Both the position numbers and the translations under genes were made by a program. Shown one piece after another: positions 42,501-56,107 of a stretch of DNA of 64,000 bases. How positions within the stretch are numbered: position 1 is the first letter of the stretch; each line of letters starts with the position of its first letter. The notes beneath the pieces are model-generated. The model was not told the origin of the DNA. It saw only the letters and a list, made by a program, of their open reading frames with translations, and did no database searches. Location: the NCBI GenBank assembly GCA_964016885.1, contig OZ024749.1:18042001-18106000 (forward strand), given 5' to 3'. This DNA comes from Eledone cirrhosa (taxonomy: Eukaryota).

Positions 42501-45500
42501 ATTTACTTCTAATTTCAAAAACCTAAAATGTATTTTTTTTATACTTTTCGAAATATTTCAAAAATTGATTTTTTTGAAATATTTACTTCTGATTTCAAAA
42601 ACCTAAAATAATCTATTTTTCGAAAAACCTAAAATAATATATTTTTTTATACTTTTCAAAATATTTCAAAAATTGATTTTTTTGAAATATTTACTTCTGA
42701 TTTTAAAAACCTAAAATAATCTATTTTTTTATACTTTTCGAAATATTTCAAAAATTGATTTTTTTTCAAATATTTACTTCTGATTCCAAAAATCTAAAAT
42801 AATCTATTTTTCGAAAAACCTAAAATAATCTATTTTTCGAAAAACCTAAAATAATCTATTTTTTTTATACTTTTCGAAATATTTCAGAAATTGATTTTTT
42901 TTGAAATATTTACTTCTAATTTCGAAAACGTAAAATAATCTATTTTTCGAAAAACCTAAAATAATCTATTTTCTTATACTTTTCGAAATATTTCAAAAAT
43001 TGATTTTTTTGAAATATTTACTTCTGATTTCAAAAACCTAAAATAATCTATTTTTCGAAAAACCTAAAATAATATATTTTTTTATACTTTTCAAAATATT
43101 TCAAAAATTGATTTTTTTGAAATATTTACTTCTGATTTCAAAAACCTAAAATAATCTATTTTTCGAAAAACCTAAAATAATCTATTTTTCGAAAAACCTA
43201 AAATAATCTATTTTTTTATACTTTTCGAAATATTTCAAAAATTGATTTTTTTGAAATATTTACTTCTGATTCCAAAAATCTAAAATAATCTATTTTTCGA
43301 AAAACCTTAATTAATCTATTTTTTTATACTTTTCGAAATATTTCAAAAATTGATTTTTTTTGAAATATTTACTTCTGATTTCAAAAACCTAAAATAATCT
43401 ATTTTTCGAAAAACCCAAAATAATCTATTTTTTTATACTTTTCGAAATATTTCAAAAATTGATTTTTTTGAAATATTTACTTCTGATTTAAAAAACCTAA
43501 AATAATCTATTTTTTTATACTTTTCGAAATATTTCAAAAATTGATTTTTTTGAAATATTTACTTCTGATTCCAAAAATCTAAAATAATCTATTTTTCGAA
43601 AAACCTTAATTAATCTATTTTTTTATACTTTTCGAAATATTTCAAAAATTGATTTTTTTTGAAATATTTACTTCTGATTCCAAAAATCTAAAATAATCTA
43701 TTTTTCGAAAAACCTAAAATAATCTATTTTTTTGTACTTTTCGAAATATTTCAAAAATTGATTTTTTTTGAAATATTTACTTCTGATTTCAAAAACCTAA
43801 AATAATCTATTTTTCGAAAAACCTAAAATAATCTATTTTTCGAAAAACCTTAATTAATATATTTTTTTATACTTTTCGAAATATTTCAAAAATTGATTTT
43901 TTTGAAATATTTACTTCTGATTTCAAAAACCTAAAATAATCTATTTTTTTTATACTTTTCGAAATATTTCAAAAATTGATTTTTTTGAAATATTTACTTC
44001 TGATTTCAAAAACCTGAAATAATCTATTTTTCGAAAAACCTAAAATAATCTATTTTTTTATACTTTTCGAAATATTTCAAAAATTGATTTTTTTGAAATA
44101 TTTACTTCTGATTTCAAAAACCTAAAATATTCTTATTTTTTTATACTTTTTGAAATATTTCAAAAATTGATTTTTTTGAAATATTTACTTCTGATTTCAA
44201 AAACTTAAAATAATCTATTTTTCGAAAAACCTAAAATAATCTATTTTTTTATACTTTTCGAAATATTTCAAAAATTGATTTTTTTGAAATATTTACTTCT
44301 GATTTCAAAAACCTAAAATAATCTATTTTTTTTATACTTTTCGAAATATTTCAAAAATTGATTTTTTTGAAATATTTACTTCTGATTTCAAAAACCTAAA
44401 ATAATCTATTTTTCGAAAAACCTAAAATAATCTATTTTTTTATACTATTTTCGAAATATTTCAAAAATTGATTTTTTTTGAAATATTTACTTCTGATTTC
44501 AAAAACCTCAAAATAATCTATTTTTTTATACTTTTCGAAATATTTCAAAAATTGATTTTTTTGAAATATTTACTTCTGATTTCAAAAACCTAAAATAATC
44601 TATTTTTCGAAAAACCCAAAATAATCTATTTTTTTATACTTTTCGAAATATTTCAAAAATTGATTTTTTTTTAAATATTTACTTCTGATTCCAAAAATCT
44701 ATTTTTTGAAAAACCTAAAATAATCTATTTTTTCGACATATTTCAAAAATTGATTTTTTTGAAATATTTACTTCTAATTTCAAAAACCTAAAATGTATTT
44801 TTTTTATACTTTTCGAAATATTTCAAAAATTGATTTTTTTGAAATATTTACTTCTGATTTCAAAAACCTAAAATAATCTATTTTTCGAAAAACCTAAAAT
44901 AATATATTTTTTTATACTTTTCAAAATATTTCAAAAATTGATTTTTTTGAAATATTTACTTCTGATTTTAAAAACCTAAAATAATCTATTTTTTTATACT
45001 TTTCGAAATATTTCAAAAATTGATTTTTTTTCAAATATTTACTTCTGATTCCAAAAATCTAAAATAATCTATTTTTCGAAAAACCTAAAATAATCTATTT
45101 TTCGAAAAACCTAAAATAATCTATTTTTTTTATACTTTTCGAAATATTTCAGAAATTGATTTTTTTTGAAATATTTACTTCTAATTTCGAAAACGTAAAA
45201 TAATCTATTTTTCGAAAAACCTAAAATAATCTATTTTCTTATACTTTTCGAAATATTTCAAAAATTGATTTTTTTGAAATATTTACTTCTGATTTCAAAA
45301 ACCTAAAATAATCTATTTTTCGAAAAACCTAAAATAATCTATTTTTCGAAAAACCTAAAATAATATATTTTTTTATACTTTTCAAAATATTTCAAAAATT
45401 GATTTTTTTGAAATATTTACTTCTGATTTCAAAAACCTAAAATAATCTATTTTTCGAAAAACCTAAAATAATCTATTTTTCGAAAAACCTAAAATAATCT

Positions 45501-48500
45501 ATTTTTTTATACTTTTCGAAATATTTCAAAAATTGATTTTTTTGAAATATTTACTTCTGATTCCAAAAATCTAAAATAATCTATTTTTCGAAAAACCTTA
45601 ATTAATCTATTTTTTTATACTTTTCGAAATATTTCAAAAATTGATTTTTTTGAAATATTTACTTCTGATTTAAAAAACCTAAAATAATCTATTTTTTTAT
45701 ACTTTTCGAAATATTTCAAAAATTGATTTTTTTGAAATATTTACTTCTGATTCCAAAAATCTAAAATAATCTATTTTTCGAAAAACCTTAATTAATCTAT
45801 TTTTTTATACTTTTCGAAATATTTCAAAAATTGATTTTTTTTGAAATATTTACTTCTGATTCCAAAAATCTAAAATAATCTATTTTTCGAAAAACCTAAA
45901 ATAATCTATTTTTTTGTACTTTTCGAAATATTTCAAAAATTGATTTTTTTTGAAATATTTACTTCTGATTTCAAAAACCTAAAATAATCTATTTTTCGAA
46001 AAACCTAAAATAATCTATTTTTCGAAAAACCTTAATTAATATATTTTTTTATACTTTTCGAAATATTTCAAAAATTGATTTTTTTGAAATATTTACTTCT
46101 GATTTCAAAAACCTGAAATAATCTATTTTTCGAAAAACCTAAAATAATCTAATTTTTTATACTTTTCGAAATATTTCAAAAATTGATTTTTTTGAAATAT
46201 TTACTTCTGATTTCAAAAACCTAAAATATTCTTATTTTTTTATACTTTTTGAAATATTTCAAAAATTGATTTTTTTGAAATATTTACTTCTGATTTCAAA
46301 AACTTAAAATAATCTATTTTTCGAAAAACCTAAAATAATCTATTTTTTTATACTTTTCGAAATATTTCAAAAATTGATTTTTTTGAAATATTTACTTCTG
46401 ATTTCAAAAACCTAAAATAATCTATTTTTTTTATACTTTTCGAAATATTTCAAAAATTGATTTTTTTTGAAATATTTACTTCTGATTTCAAAAACCTAAA
46501 ATAGTCTATTTTTCGAAAAACCTAAAATAATCTATTTTTTTTATACTTTTCGAAATATTTCAAAAATTGATTTTTTTGAAATATTTACTTCTGATTTCAA
46601 AAACCTAAAATAGTCTATTTTTCGAAAAACCTAAAATAATCTATTTTTTTTATACTTTTCGAAATATTTCAAAAATTGATTTTTTTGAAATATTTACTTC
46701 TGATTTCAAAAACCTAAAATAATCTATTTATTTATACTTTTCGAAATATTTCAAAAATTGATTTTTTTTGAAATATTTACTTCTGATTCCAAAAATCTAT
46801 TTTTTGAAAAACCTAAAATAATCTATTTTTTCGACATATTTCAAAAATTGATTTTTTTGAAATATTTACTTCTAATTTCAAAAACCTAAAATGTATTTTT
46901 TTTATACTTTTCGAAATATTTCAAAAATTGATTTTTTTGAAATATTTACTTCTGATTTCAAAAACCTAAAATAATCTATTTTTCGAAAAACCTAAAATAA
47001 TATATTTTTTTATACTTTTCAAAATATTTCAAAAATTGATTTTTTTGAAATATTTACTTCTGATTTTAAAAACCTAAAATAATCTATTTTTTTATACTTT
47101 TCGAAATATTTCAAAAATTGATTTTTTTTCAAATATTTACTTCTGATTCCAAAAATCTAAAATAATCTATTTTTCGAAAAACCTAAAATAATCTATTTTT
47201 CGAAAAACCTAAAATAATCTATTTTTTTTATACTTTTCGAAATATTTCAGAAATTGATTTTTTTTGAAATATTTACTTCTAATTTCGAAAACGTAAAATA
47301 ATCTATTTTTCGAAAAACCTAAAATAATCTATTTTTCGAAAAACCTAAAATAATATATTTTTTTATACTTTTCAAAATATTTCAAAAATTGATTTTTTTG
47401 AAATATTTACTTCTGATTTCAAAAACCTAAAATAATCTATTTTTCGAAAAACCTAAAATAATCTATTTTTCGAAAAACCTAAAATAATCTATTTTTTTAT
47501 ACTTTTCGAAATATTTCAAAAATTGATTTTTTTGAAATATTTACTTCTGATTCCAAAAATCTAAAATAATCTATTTTTCGAAAAACCTTAATTAATCTAT
47601 TTTTTTATACTTTTCGAAATATTTCAAAAATTGATTTTTTTTGAAATATTTACTTCTGATTTCAAAAACCTAAAATAATCTATTTTTCGAAAAACCCAAA
47701 ATAATCTATTTTTTTATACTTTTCGAAATATTTCAAAAATTGATTTTTTTGAAATATTTACTTCTGATTTAAAAAACCTAAAATAATCTATTTTTTTATA
47801 CTTTTCGAAATATTTCAAAAATTGATTTTTTTGAAATATTTACTTCTGATTCCAAAAATCTAAAATAATCTATTTTTCGAAAAACCTTAATTAATCTATT
47901 TTTTTATACTTTTCGAAATATTTCAAACATTGATTTTTTTTGAAATATTTACTTCTGATTCCAAAAATCTAAAATAATCTATTTTTCGAAAAACCTAAAA
48001 TAATCTATTTTTTTGTACTTTTCGAAATATTTCAAAAATTGATTTTTTTTGAAATATTTACTTCTGATTTCAAAAACCTAAAATAATCTATTTTTCGAAA
48101 AACCTAAAATAATCTATTTTTCGAAAAACCTTAATTAATATATTTTTTTATACTTTTCGAAATATTTCAAAAATTGATTTTTTTGAAATATTTACTTCTG
48201 ATTTCAAAAACCTAAAATAATCTATTTTTTTTATACTTTTCGAAATATTTCAAAAATTGATTTTTTTGAAATATTTACTTCTGATTTCAAAAACCTGAAA
48301 TAATCTATTTTTCGAAAAACCTAAAATAATCTATTTTTTTATACTTTTCGAAATATTTCAAAAATTGATTTTTTTGAAATATTTACTTCTGATTTCAAAA
48401 ACCTAAAATATTCTTATTTTTTTATACTTTTTGAAATATTTCAAAAATTGATTTTTTTGAAATATTTACTTCTGATTTCAAAAACTTAAAATAATCTATT

Positions 48501-51271
48501 TTTCGAAAAACCTAAAATAATCTATTTTTTTATACTTTTCGAAATATTTCAAAAATTGATTTTTTTGAAATATTTACTTCTGATTTCAAAAACCTAAAAT
48601 AATCTATTTTTTTTATACTTTTCGAAATATTTCAAAAATTGATTTTTTTGAAATATTTACTTCTGATTTCAAAAACCTAAAATAATCTATTTTTCGAAAA
48701 ACCTAAAATAATCTATTTTTTTATACTATTTTCGAAATATTTCAAAAATTGATTTTTTTTGAAATATTTACTTCTGATTTCAAAAACCTCAAAATAATCT
48801 ATTTTTTTATACTTTTCGAAATATTTCAAAAATTGATTTTTTTGAAATATTTACTTCTGATTTCAAAAACCTAAAATAATCTATTTTTCGAAAAACCCAA
48901 AATAATCTATTTTTTTATACTTTTCGAAATATTTCAAAAATTGATTTTTTTTTAAATATTTACTTCTGATTCCAAAAATCTAAAATAATCTATTTTTCGA
49001 AAAACCTAAAATAATCTATTTTTTTATACTTTTCGAAATATTTCAAAAATTGATTTTTTTGAAATATTTACTTCTGATTTCAAAAACCTAAAATAATCTA
49101 TTTTTTTATGCTTTTCGAAATATTTCAAAAATTGATTTTTTTGAAATATTTACTTCTGATTTCAAAAGCCTAAAATAATCTATTTTTCGAAAAACCCAAA
49201 ATAATCTATTTTTTTATACTTTTCGAAATATTTCAAAAATTGATTTTTTTTGAAATATTTACTTCTGATTTCAAAAACCTAAAATAATCTATTTTTCGAA
49301 AAACCTAAAATAATCTATTTTTCGAAAAACCTTAATTAATCTATTTTTTTATACTTTTCGAAATATTTCAAAAATTGATTTTTTTTGAAATATTTACTTC
49401 TGATTTCAAAAACCTAAAATAATCTATTTTTTTATACTTTTCGAAATATTTCAAAAATTGATTTTTTTTTAAATATTTACTTCTGATTCCAAAAATCTAA
49501 AATAATCTATTTTTCGAAAAACCTAAAATAATCTATTTTTCGAAAAACCTTAATTAATCTATTTTTTTATACTTTTCGAAATATTTCAAAAATTGATTTT
49601 TTTTGAAATATTTACTTCTGATTTCAAAAACCTTAATTAATCTATTTTTTTATACTTTTCGAAATATTTCAAAAATTGATTTTTTTTGAAATATTTACTT
49701 CTGATTTCAAAAACCTAAAATAATCTATTTTTTTATACTTTTCGAAATATTTCAAAAATTGATTTTTTTTGAAATATTTACTTCTGATTTCAAAAACCTA
49801 AAATAATCTATTTTTTTATGCTTTTCGAAATATTTCAAAAATTGATTTTTTTGAAATATTTACTTCTGATTTCAAAAGCCTAAAATAATCTATTTTTCGA
49901 AAAACCCAAAATAATCTATTTTTTTATACTTTTCGAAATATTTCAAAAATTGATTTTTTTTGAAATATTTACTTCTGATTTCAAAAACCTAAAATAATCT
50001 ATTTTTTTATACTTTTCGAAATATTTCAAAAATTGATTTTTTTTTAAATATTTACTTCTGATTCCAAAAATCTAAAATAATCTATTTTTCGAAAAACCTA
50101 AAGTAATCTATTTTTTTATACTTTTCGAAATATTTCAAAAATTGATTTTTTTGAAATATTTACTTCTGATTTCAAAAACCTAAAATAATCTATTTTTTTA
50201 TGCTTTTCGAAATATTTCAAAAATTGATTTTTTTGAAATATTTACTTCTGATTTCAAAAACCTAAAATAATCTATTTATTTATACTTTTCGAAATATTTC
50301 AAAGATTGATTTTTTTTGAAATATTTACTTCTGATTCCAAAAATCTATTTCTTCGAAAAACCTAAAATAATCTATTTTTTCGACATATTTCAAAAATTGA
50401 TTTTTTTGAAATATTTACTTCTAATTTCAAAAACCTAAAATAATGTATTTTTTTTATACTTTTCGAAATATTTCAAAAATTGATTTTTTTGAAATATTTA
50501 CTTCTGATTTCAAAAACCTAAAATAATCTATTTTTCGAAAAACCTAAAATAATATATTTTTTTATACTTTTCAAAATATTTCAAAAATTGATTTTTTTGA
50601 AATATTTACTTCTGATTTTAAAAACCTAAAATAATCTATTTTTTTATACTTTTCGAAATATTTCAAAAATTGATTTTTTTTGAAATATTTACTTCTGATT
50701 TCAAAAACCTAAAATAATCTATTTTTTTATACTTTTCGAAATATTTCAAAAATTGATTTTTTTTGAAATATTTACTTCTGATTTCAAAAACCTAAAATAA
50801 TCTATTTTTTTATGCTTTTCGAAATATTTCAAAAATTGATTTTTTTGAAATATTTACTTCTGATTTCAAAAGCCTAAAATAATCTATTTTTCGAAAAACC
50901 CAAAATAATCTATTTTTTTATACTTTTCGAAATATTTCAAAAATTGATTTTTTTTGAAATATTTACTTCTGATTTCAAAAACCTAAAATAATCTATTTTT
51001 TTATACTTTTCGAAATATTTCAAAAATTGATTTTTTTTTAAATATTTACTTCTGATTCCAAAAATCTAAAATAATCTATTTTTCGAAAAACCTAAAGTAA
51101 TCTATTTTTTTATACTTTTCGAAATATTTCAAAAATTGATTTTTTTGAAATATTTACTTCTGATTTCAAAAACCTAAAATAATCTATTTTTTTATGCTTT
51201 TCGAAATATTTCAAAAATTGATTTTTTTGAAATATTTACTTCTGATTTCAAAAACCTAAAATAATCTATTT
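33086..51271. repeat. Tandem higher-order duplication, period 9122 bp (33086-42149 / 42208-51271)
   Basis: Markers at a constant 9122 offset: gtaat 33093/42215, cagaa 33765/42887, aaacatt 38806/47928, aagatt 41182/50304, tatgc 42074/51196. Confidence 0.9.
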
Positions 51272-54200
51272 ATTTATACTTTTCGAAATATTTCAAAGAT
51301 TGATTTTTTTTGAAATATTTACTTCTGATTCCAAAAATCTATTTCTTCGAAAAACCTAAAATAATCTATTTTTTCGACATATTTCAAAAATTGATTTTTT
51401 TGAAATATTTACTTCTAATTTCAAAAACCTAAAATAATGTATTTTTTTTATACTTTTCGAAATATTTCAAAAATTGATTTTTTTGAAATATTTACTTCTG
51501 ATTTCAAAAACCTAAAATAATCTATTTTTCGAAAAACCTAAAATAATATATTTTTTTATACTTTTCAAAATATTTCAAAAATTGATTTTTTTGAAATATT
51601 TACTTCTGATTTTAAAAACCTAAAATAATCTATTTTTTTATACTTTTCGAAATATTTCAAAAATTGATTTTTTTTCAAATATTTACTTCTGATTCCAAAA
51701 ATCTAAAATAATCTATTTTTCGAAAAACCTAAAATAATCTATTTTTTTTATACTTTTCGAAATATTTCAAAAATTGATTTTTTTTGAAATATTTACTTCT
51801 AATTTCGAAAACCTAAAATAATCTATTTTTCGAAAAACCTAAAATAATCTATTTTTCGAAAAACCTAAAATAATCTATTTTTTTATACTTTTCGAAATAT
51901 TTCAAAAATTGATTTTTTTGAAATATTTACTTCTGATTTAAAAAACCTAAAATAATCTATTTTTTTATACTTTTCGAAATATTTCAAAAATTGATTTTTT
52001 TGAAATATTTACTTCTGATTCCAAAAATCTAAAATAATCTATTTTTCGAAAAACCTTAATTAATCTATTTTTTTATACTTTTCGAAATATTTCAAACATT
52101 GATTTTTTTTGAAATATTTACTTCTGATTCCAAAAATCTAAAATAATCTATTTTTCGAAAAACCTAAAATAATCTATTTTTTTGTACTTTTCGAAATATT
52201 TCAAAAATTGATTTTTTTTGAAATATTTACTTCTGATTTCAAAAACCTAAAATAATCTATTTTTCGAAAAACCTAAAATAATCTATTTTTCGAAAAACCT
52301 TAATTAATATATTTTTTTATACTTTTCGAAATATTTCAAAAATTGATTTTTTTGAAATATTTACTTCTGATTTCAAAAACCTAAAATAATCTATTTTTTT
52401 TATACTTTTCGAAATATTTCAAAAATTGATTTTTTTGAAATATTTACTTCTGATTTCAAAAACCTGAAATAATCTATTTTTCGAAAAACCTAAAATAATC
52501 TATTTTTTTATACTTTTCGAAATATTTCAAAAATTGATTTTTTTGAAATATTTACTTCTGATTTCAAAAACCTAAAATATTCTTATTTTTTTATACTTTT
52601 TGAAATATTTCAAAAATTGATTTTTTTGAAATATTTACTTCTGATTTCAAAAACTTAAAATAATCTATTTTTCGAAAAACCTAAAATAATCTATTTTTTT
52701 ATACTTTTCGAAATATTTCAAAAATTGATTTTTTTGAAATATTTACTTCTGATTTCAAAAACCTAAAATAATCTATTTTTTTTATACTTTTCGAAATATT
52801 TCAAAAATTGATTTTTTTGAAATATTTACTTCTGATTTCAAAAACCTAAAATAATCTATTTTTCGAAAAACCTAAAATAATCTATTTTTTTATACTATTT
52901 TCGAAATATTTCAAAAATTGATTTTTTTTGAAATATTTACTTCTGATTTCAAAAACCTCAAAATAATCTATTTTTTTATACTTTTCGAAATATTTCAAAA
53001 ATTGATTTTTTTGAAATATTTACTTCTGATTTCAAAAACCTAAAATAATCTATTTTTCGAAAAACCCAAAATAATCTATTTTTTTATACTTTTCGAAATA
53101 TTTCAAAAATTGATTTTTTTTTAAATATTTACTTCTGATTCCAAAAATCTAAAATAATCTATTTTTCGAAAAACCTAAAATAATCTATTTTTTTATACTT
53201 TTCGAAATATTTCAAAAATTGATTTTTTTGAAATATTTACTTCTGATTTCAAAAACCTAAAATAATCTATTTTTTTATGCTTTTCGAAATATTTCAAAAA
53301 TTGATTTTTTTGAAATATTTACTTCTGATTTCAAAAGCCTAAAATAATCTATTTTTCGAAAAACCCAAAATAATCTATTTTTTTATACTTTTCGAAATAT
53401 TTCAAAAATTGATTTTTTTTGAAATATTTACTTCTGATTTCAAAAACCTAAAATAATCTATTTTTCGAAAAACCTAAAATAATCTATTTTTCGAAAAACC
53501 TTAATTAATCTATTTTTTTATACTTTTCGAAATATTTCAAAAATTGATTTTTTTTGAAATATTTACTTCTGATTTCAAAAACCTAAAATAATCTATTTTT
53601 TTATACTTTTCGAAATATTTCAAAAATTGATTTTTTTTTAAATATTTACTTCTGATTCCAAAAATCTAAAATAATCTATTTTTCGAAAAACCTAAAATAA
53701 TCTATTTTTCGAAAAACCTTAATTAATCTATTTTTTTATACTTTTCGAAATATTTCAAAAATTGATTTTTTTTGAAATATTTACTTCTGATTTCAAAAAC
53801 CTTAATTAATCTATTTTTTTATACTTTTCGAAATATTTCAAAAATTGATTTTTTTTGAAATATTTACTTCTGATTTCAAAAACCTAAAATAATCTATTTT
53901 TTTATACTTTTCGAAATATTTCAAAAATTGATTTTTTTTGAAATATTTACTTCTGATTTCAAAAACCTAAAATAATCTATTTTTTTATGCTTTTCGAAAT
54001 ATTTCAAAAATTGATTTTTTTGAAATATTTACTTCTGATTTCAAAAGCCTAAAATAATCTATTTTTCGAAAAACCCAAAATAATCTATTTTTTTATACTT
54101 TTCGAAATATTTCAAAAATTGATTTTTTTTGAAATATTTACTTCTGATTTCAAAAACCTAAAATAATCTATTTTTTTATACTTTTCGAAATATTTCAAAA

Positions 54201-56107
54201 ATTGATTTTTTTTTAAATATTTACTTCTGATTCCAAAAATCTAAAATAATCTATTTTTCGAAAAACCTAAAGTAATCTATTTTTTTATACTTTTCGAAAT
54301 ATTTCAAAAATTGATTTTTTTGAAATATTTACTTCTGATTTCAAAAACCTAAAATAATCTATTTTTTTATGCTTTTCGAAATATTTCAAAAATTGATTTT
54401 TTTGAAATATTTACTTCTGATTTCAAAAACCTAAAATAATCTATTTATTTATACTTTTCGAAATATTTCAAAGATTGATTTTTTTTGAAATATTTACTTC
54501 TGATTCCAAAAATCTATTTCTTCGAAAAACCTAAAATAATCTATTTTTTCGACATATTTCAAAAATTGATTTTTTTGAAATATTTACTTCTAATTTCAAA
54601 AACCTAAAATAATGTATTTTTTTTATACTTTTCGAAATATTTCAAAAATTGATTTTTTTGAAATATTTACTTCTGATTTCAAAAACCTAAAATAATCTAT
54701 TTTTCGAAAAACCTAAAATAATATATTTTTTTATACTTTTCAAAATATTTCAAAAATTGATTTTTTTGAAATATTTACTTCTGATTTTAAAAACCTAAAA
54801 TAATCTATTTTTTTATACTTTTCGAAATATTTCAAAAATTGATTTTTTTTGAAATATTTACTTCTGATTTCAAAAACCTAAAATAATCTATTTTTTTATA
54901 CTTTTCGAAATATTTCAAAAATTGATTTTTTTTGAAATATTTACTTCTGATTTCAAAAACCTAAAATAATCTATTTTTTTATGCTTTTCGAAATATTTCA
55001 AAAATTGATTTTTTTGAAATATTTACTTCTGATTTCAAAAGCCTAAAATAATCTATTTTTCGAAAAACCCAAAATAATCTATTTTTTTATACTTTTCGAA
55101 ATATTTCAAAAATTGATTTTTTTTGAAATATTTACTTCTGATTTCAAAAACCTAAAATAATCTATTTTTTTATACTTTTCGAAATATTTCAAAAATTGAT
55201 TTTTTTTTAAATATTTACTTCTGATTCCAAAAATCTAAAATAATCTATTTTTCGAAAAACCTAAAGTAATCTATTTTTTTATACTTTTCGAAATATTTCA
55301 AAAATTGATTTTTTTGAAATATTTACTTCTGATTTCAAAAACCTAAAATAATCTATTTTTTTATGCTTTTCGAAATATTTCAAAAATTGATTTTTTTGAA
55401 ATATTTACTTCTGATTTCAAAAACCTAAAATAATCTATTTATTTATACTTTTCGAAATATTTCAAAGATTGATTTTTTTTGAAATATTTACTTCTGATTC
55501 CAAAAATCTATTTCTTCGAAAAACCTAAAATAATCTATTTTTTCGACATATTTCAAAAATTGATTTTTTTGAAATATTTACTTCTAATTTCAAAAACCTA
55601 AAATAATGTATTTTTTTTATACTTTTCGAAATATTTCAAAAATTGATTTTTTTGAAATATTTACTTCTGATTTCAAAAACCTAAAATAATCTATTTTTCG
55701 AAAAACCTAAAATAATATATTTTTTTATACTTTTCAAAATATTTCAAAAATTGATTTTTTTGAAATATTTACTTCTGATTTTAAAAACCTAAAATAATCT
55801 ATTTTTTTATACTTTTCGAAATATTTCAAAAATTGATTTTTTTTCAAATATTTACTTCTGATTCCAAAAATCTAAAATAATCTATTTTTCGAAAAACCTA
55901 AAATAATCTATTTTTTTTATACTTTTCGAAATATTTCAAAAATTGATTTTTTTTGAAATATTTACTTCTAATTTCGAAAACCTAAAATAATCTATTTTTC
56001 GAAAAACCTAAAATAATCTATTTTTCGAAAAACCTAAAATAATCTATTTTTTTATACTTTTCGAAATATTTCAAAAATTGATTTTTTTGAAATATTTACT
56101 TCTGATT
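47698..56107. repeat. Tandem higher-order duplication, period 4169 bp (47698-51938 / 51867-56107)
   Basis: Markers at a constant 4169 offset: aaacatt 47928/52097, aagatt 50304/54473 and 51298/55467, aatttcgaaaacct 51801/55970. Confidence 0.9.
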
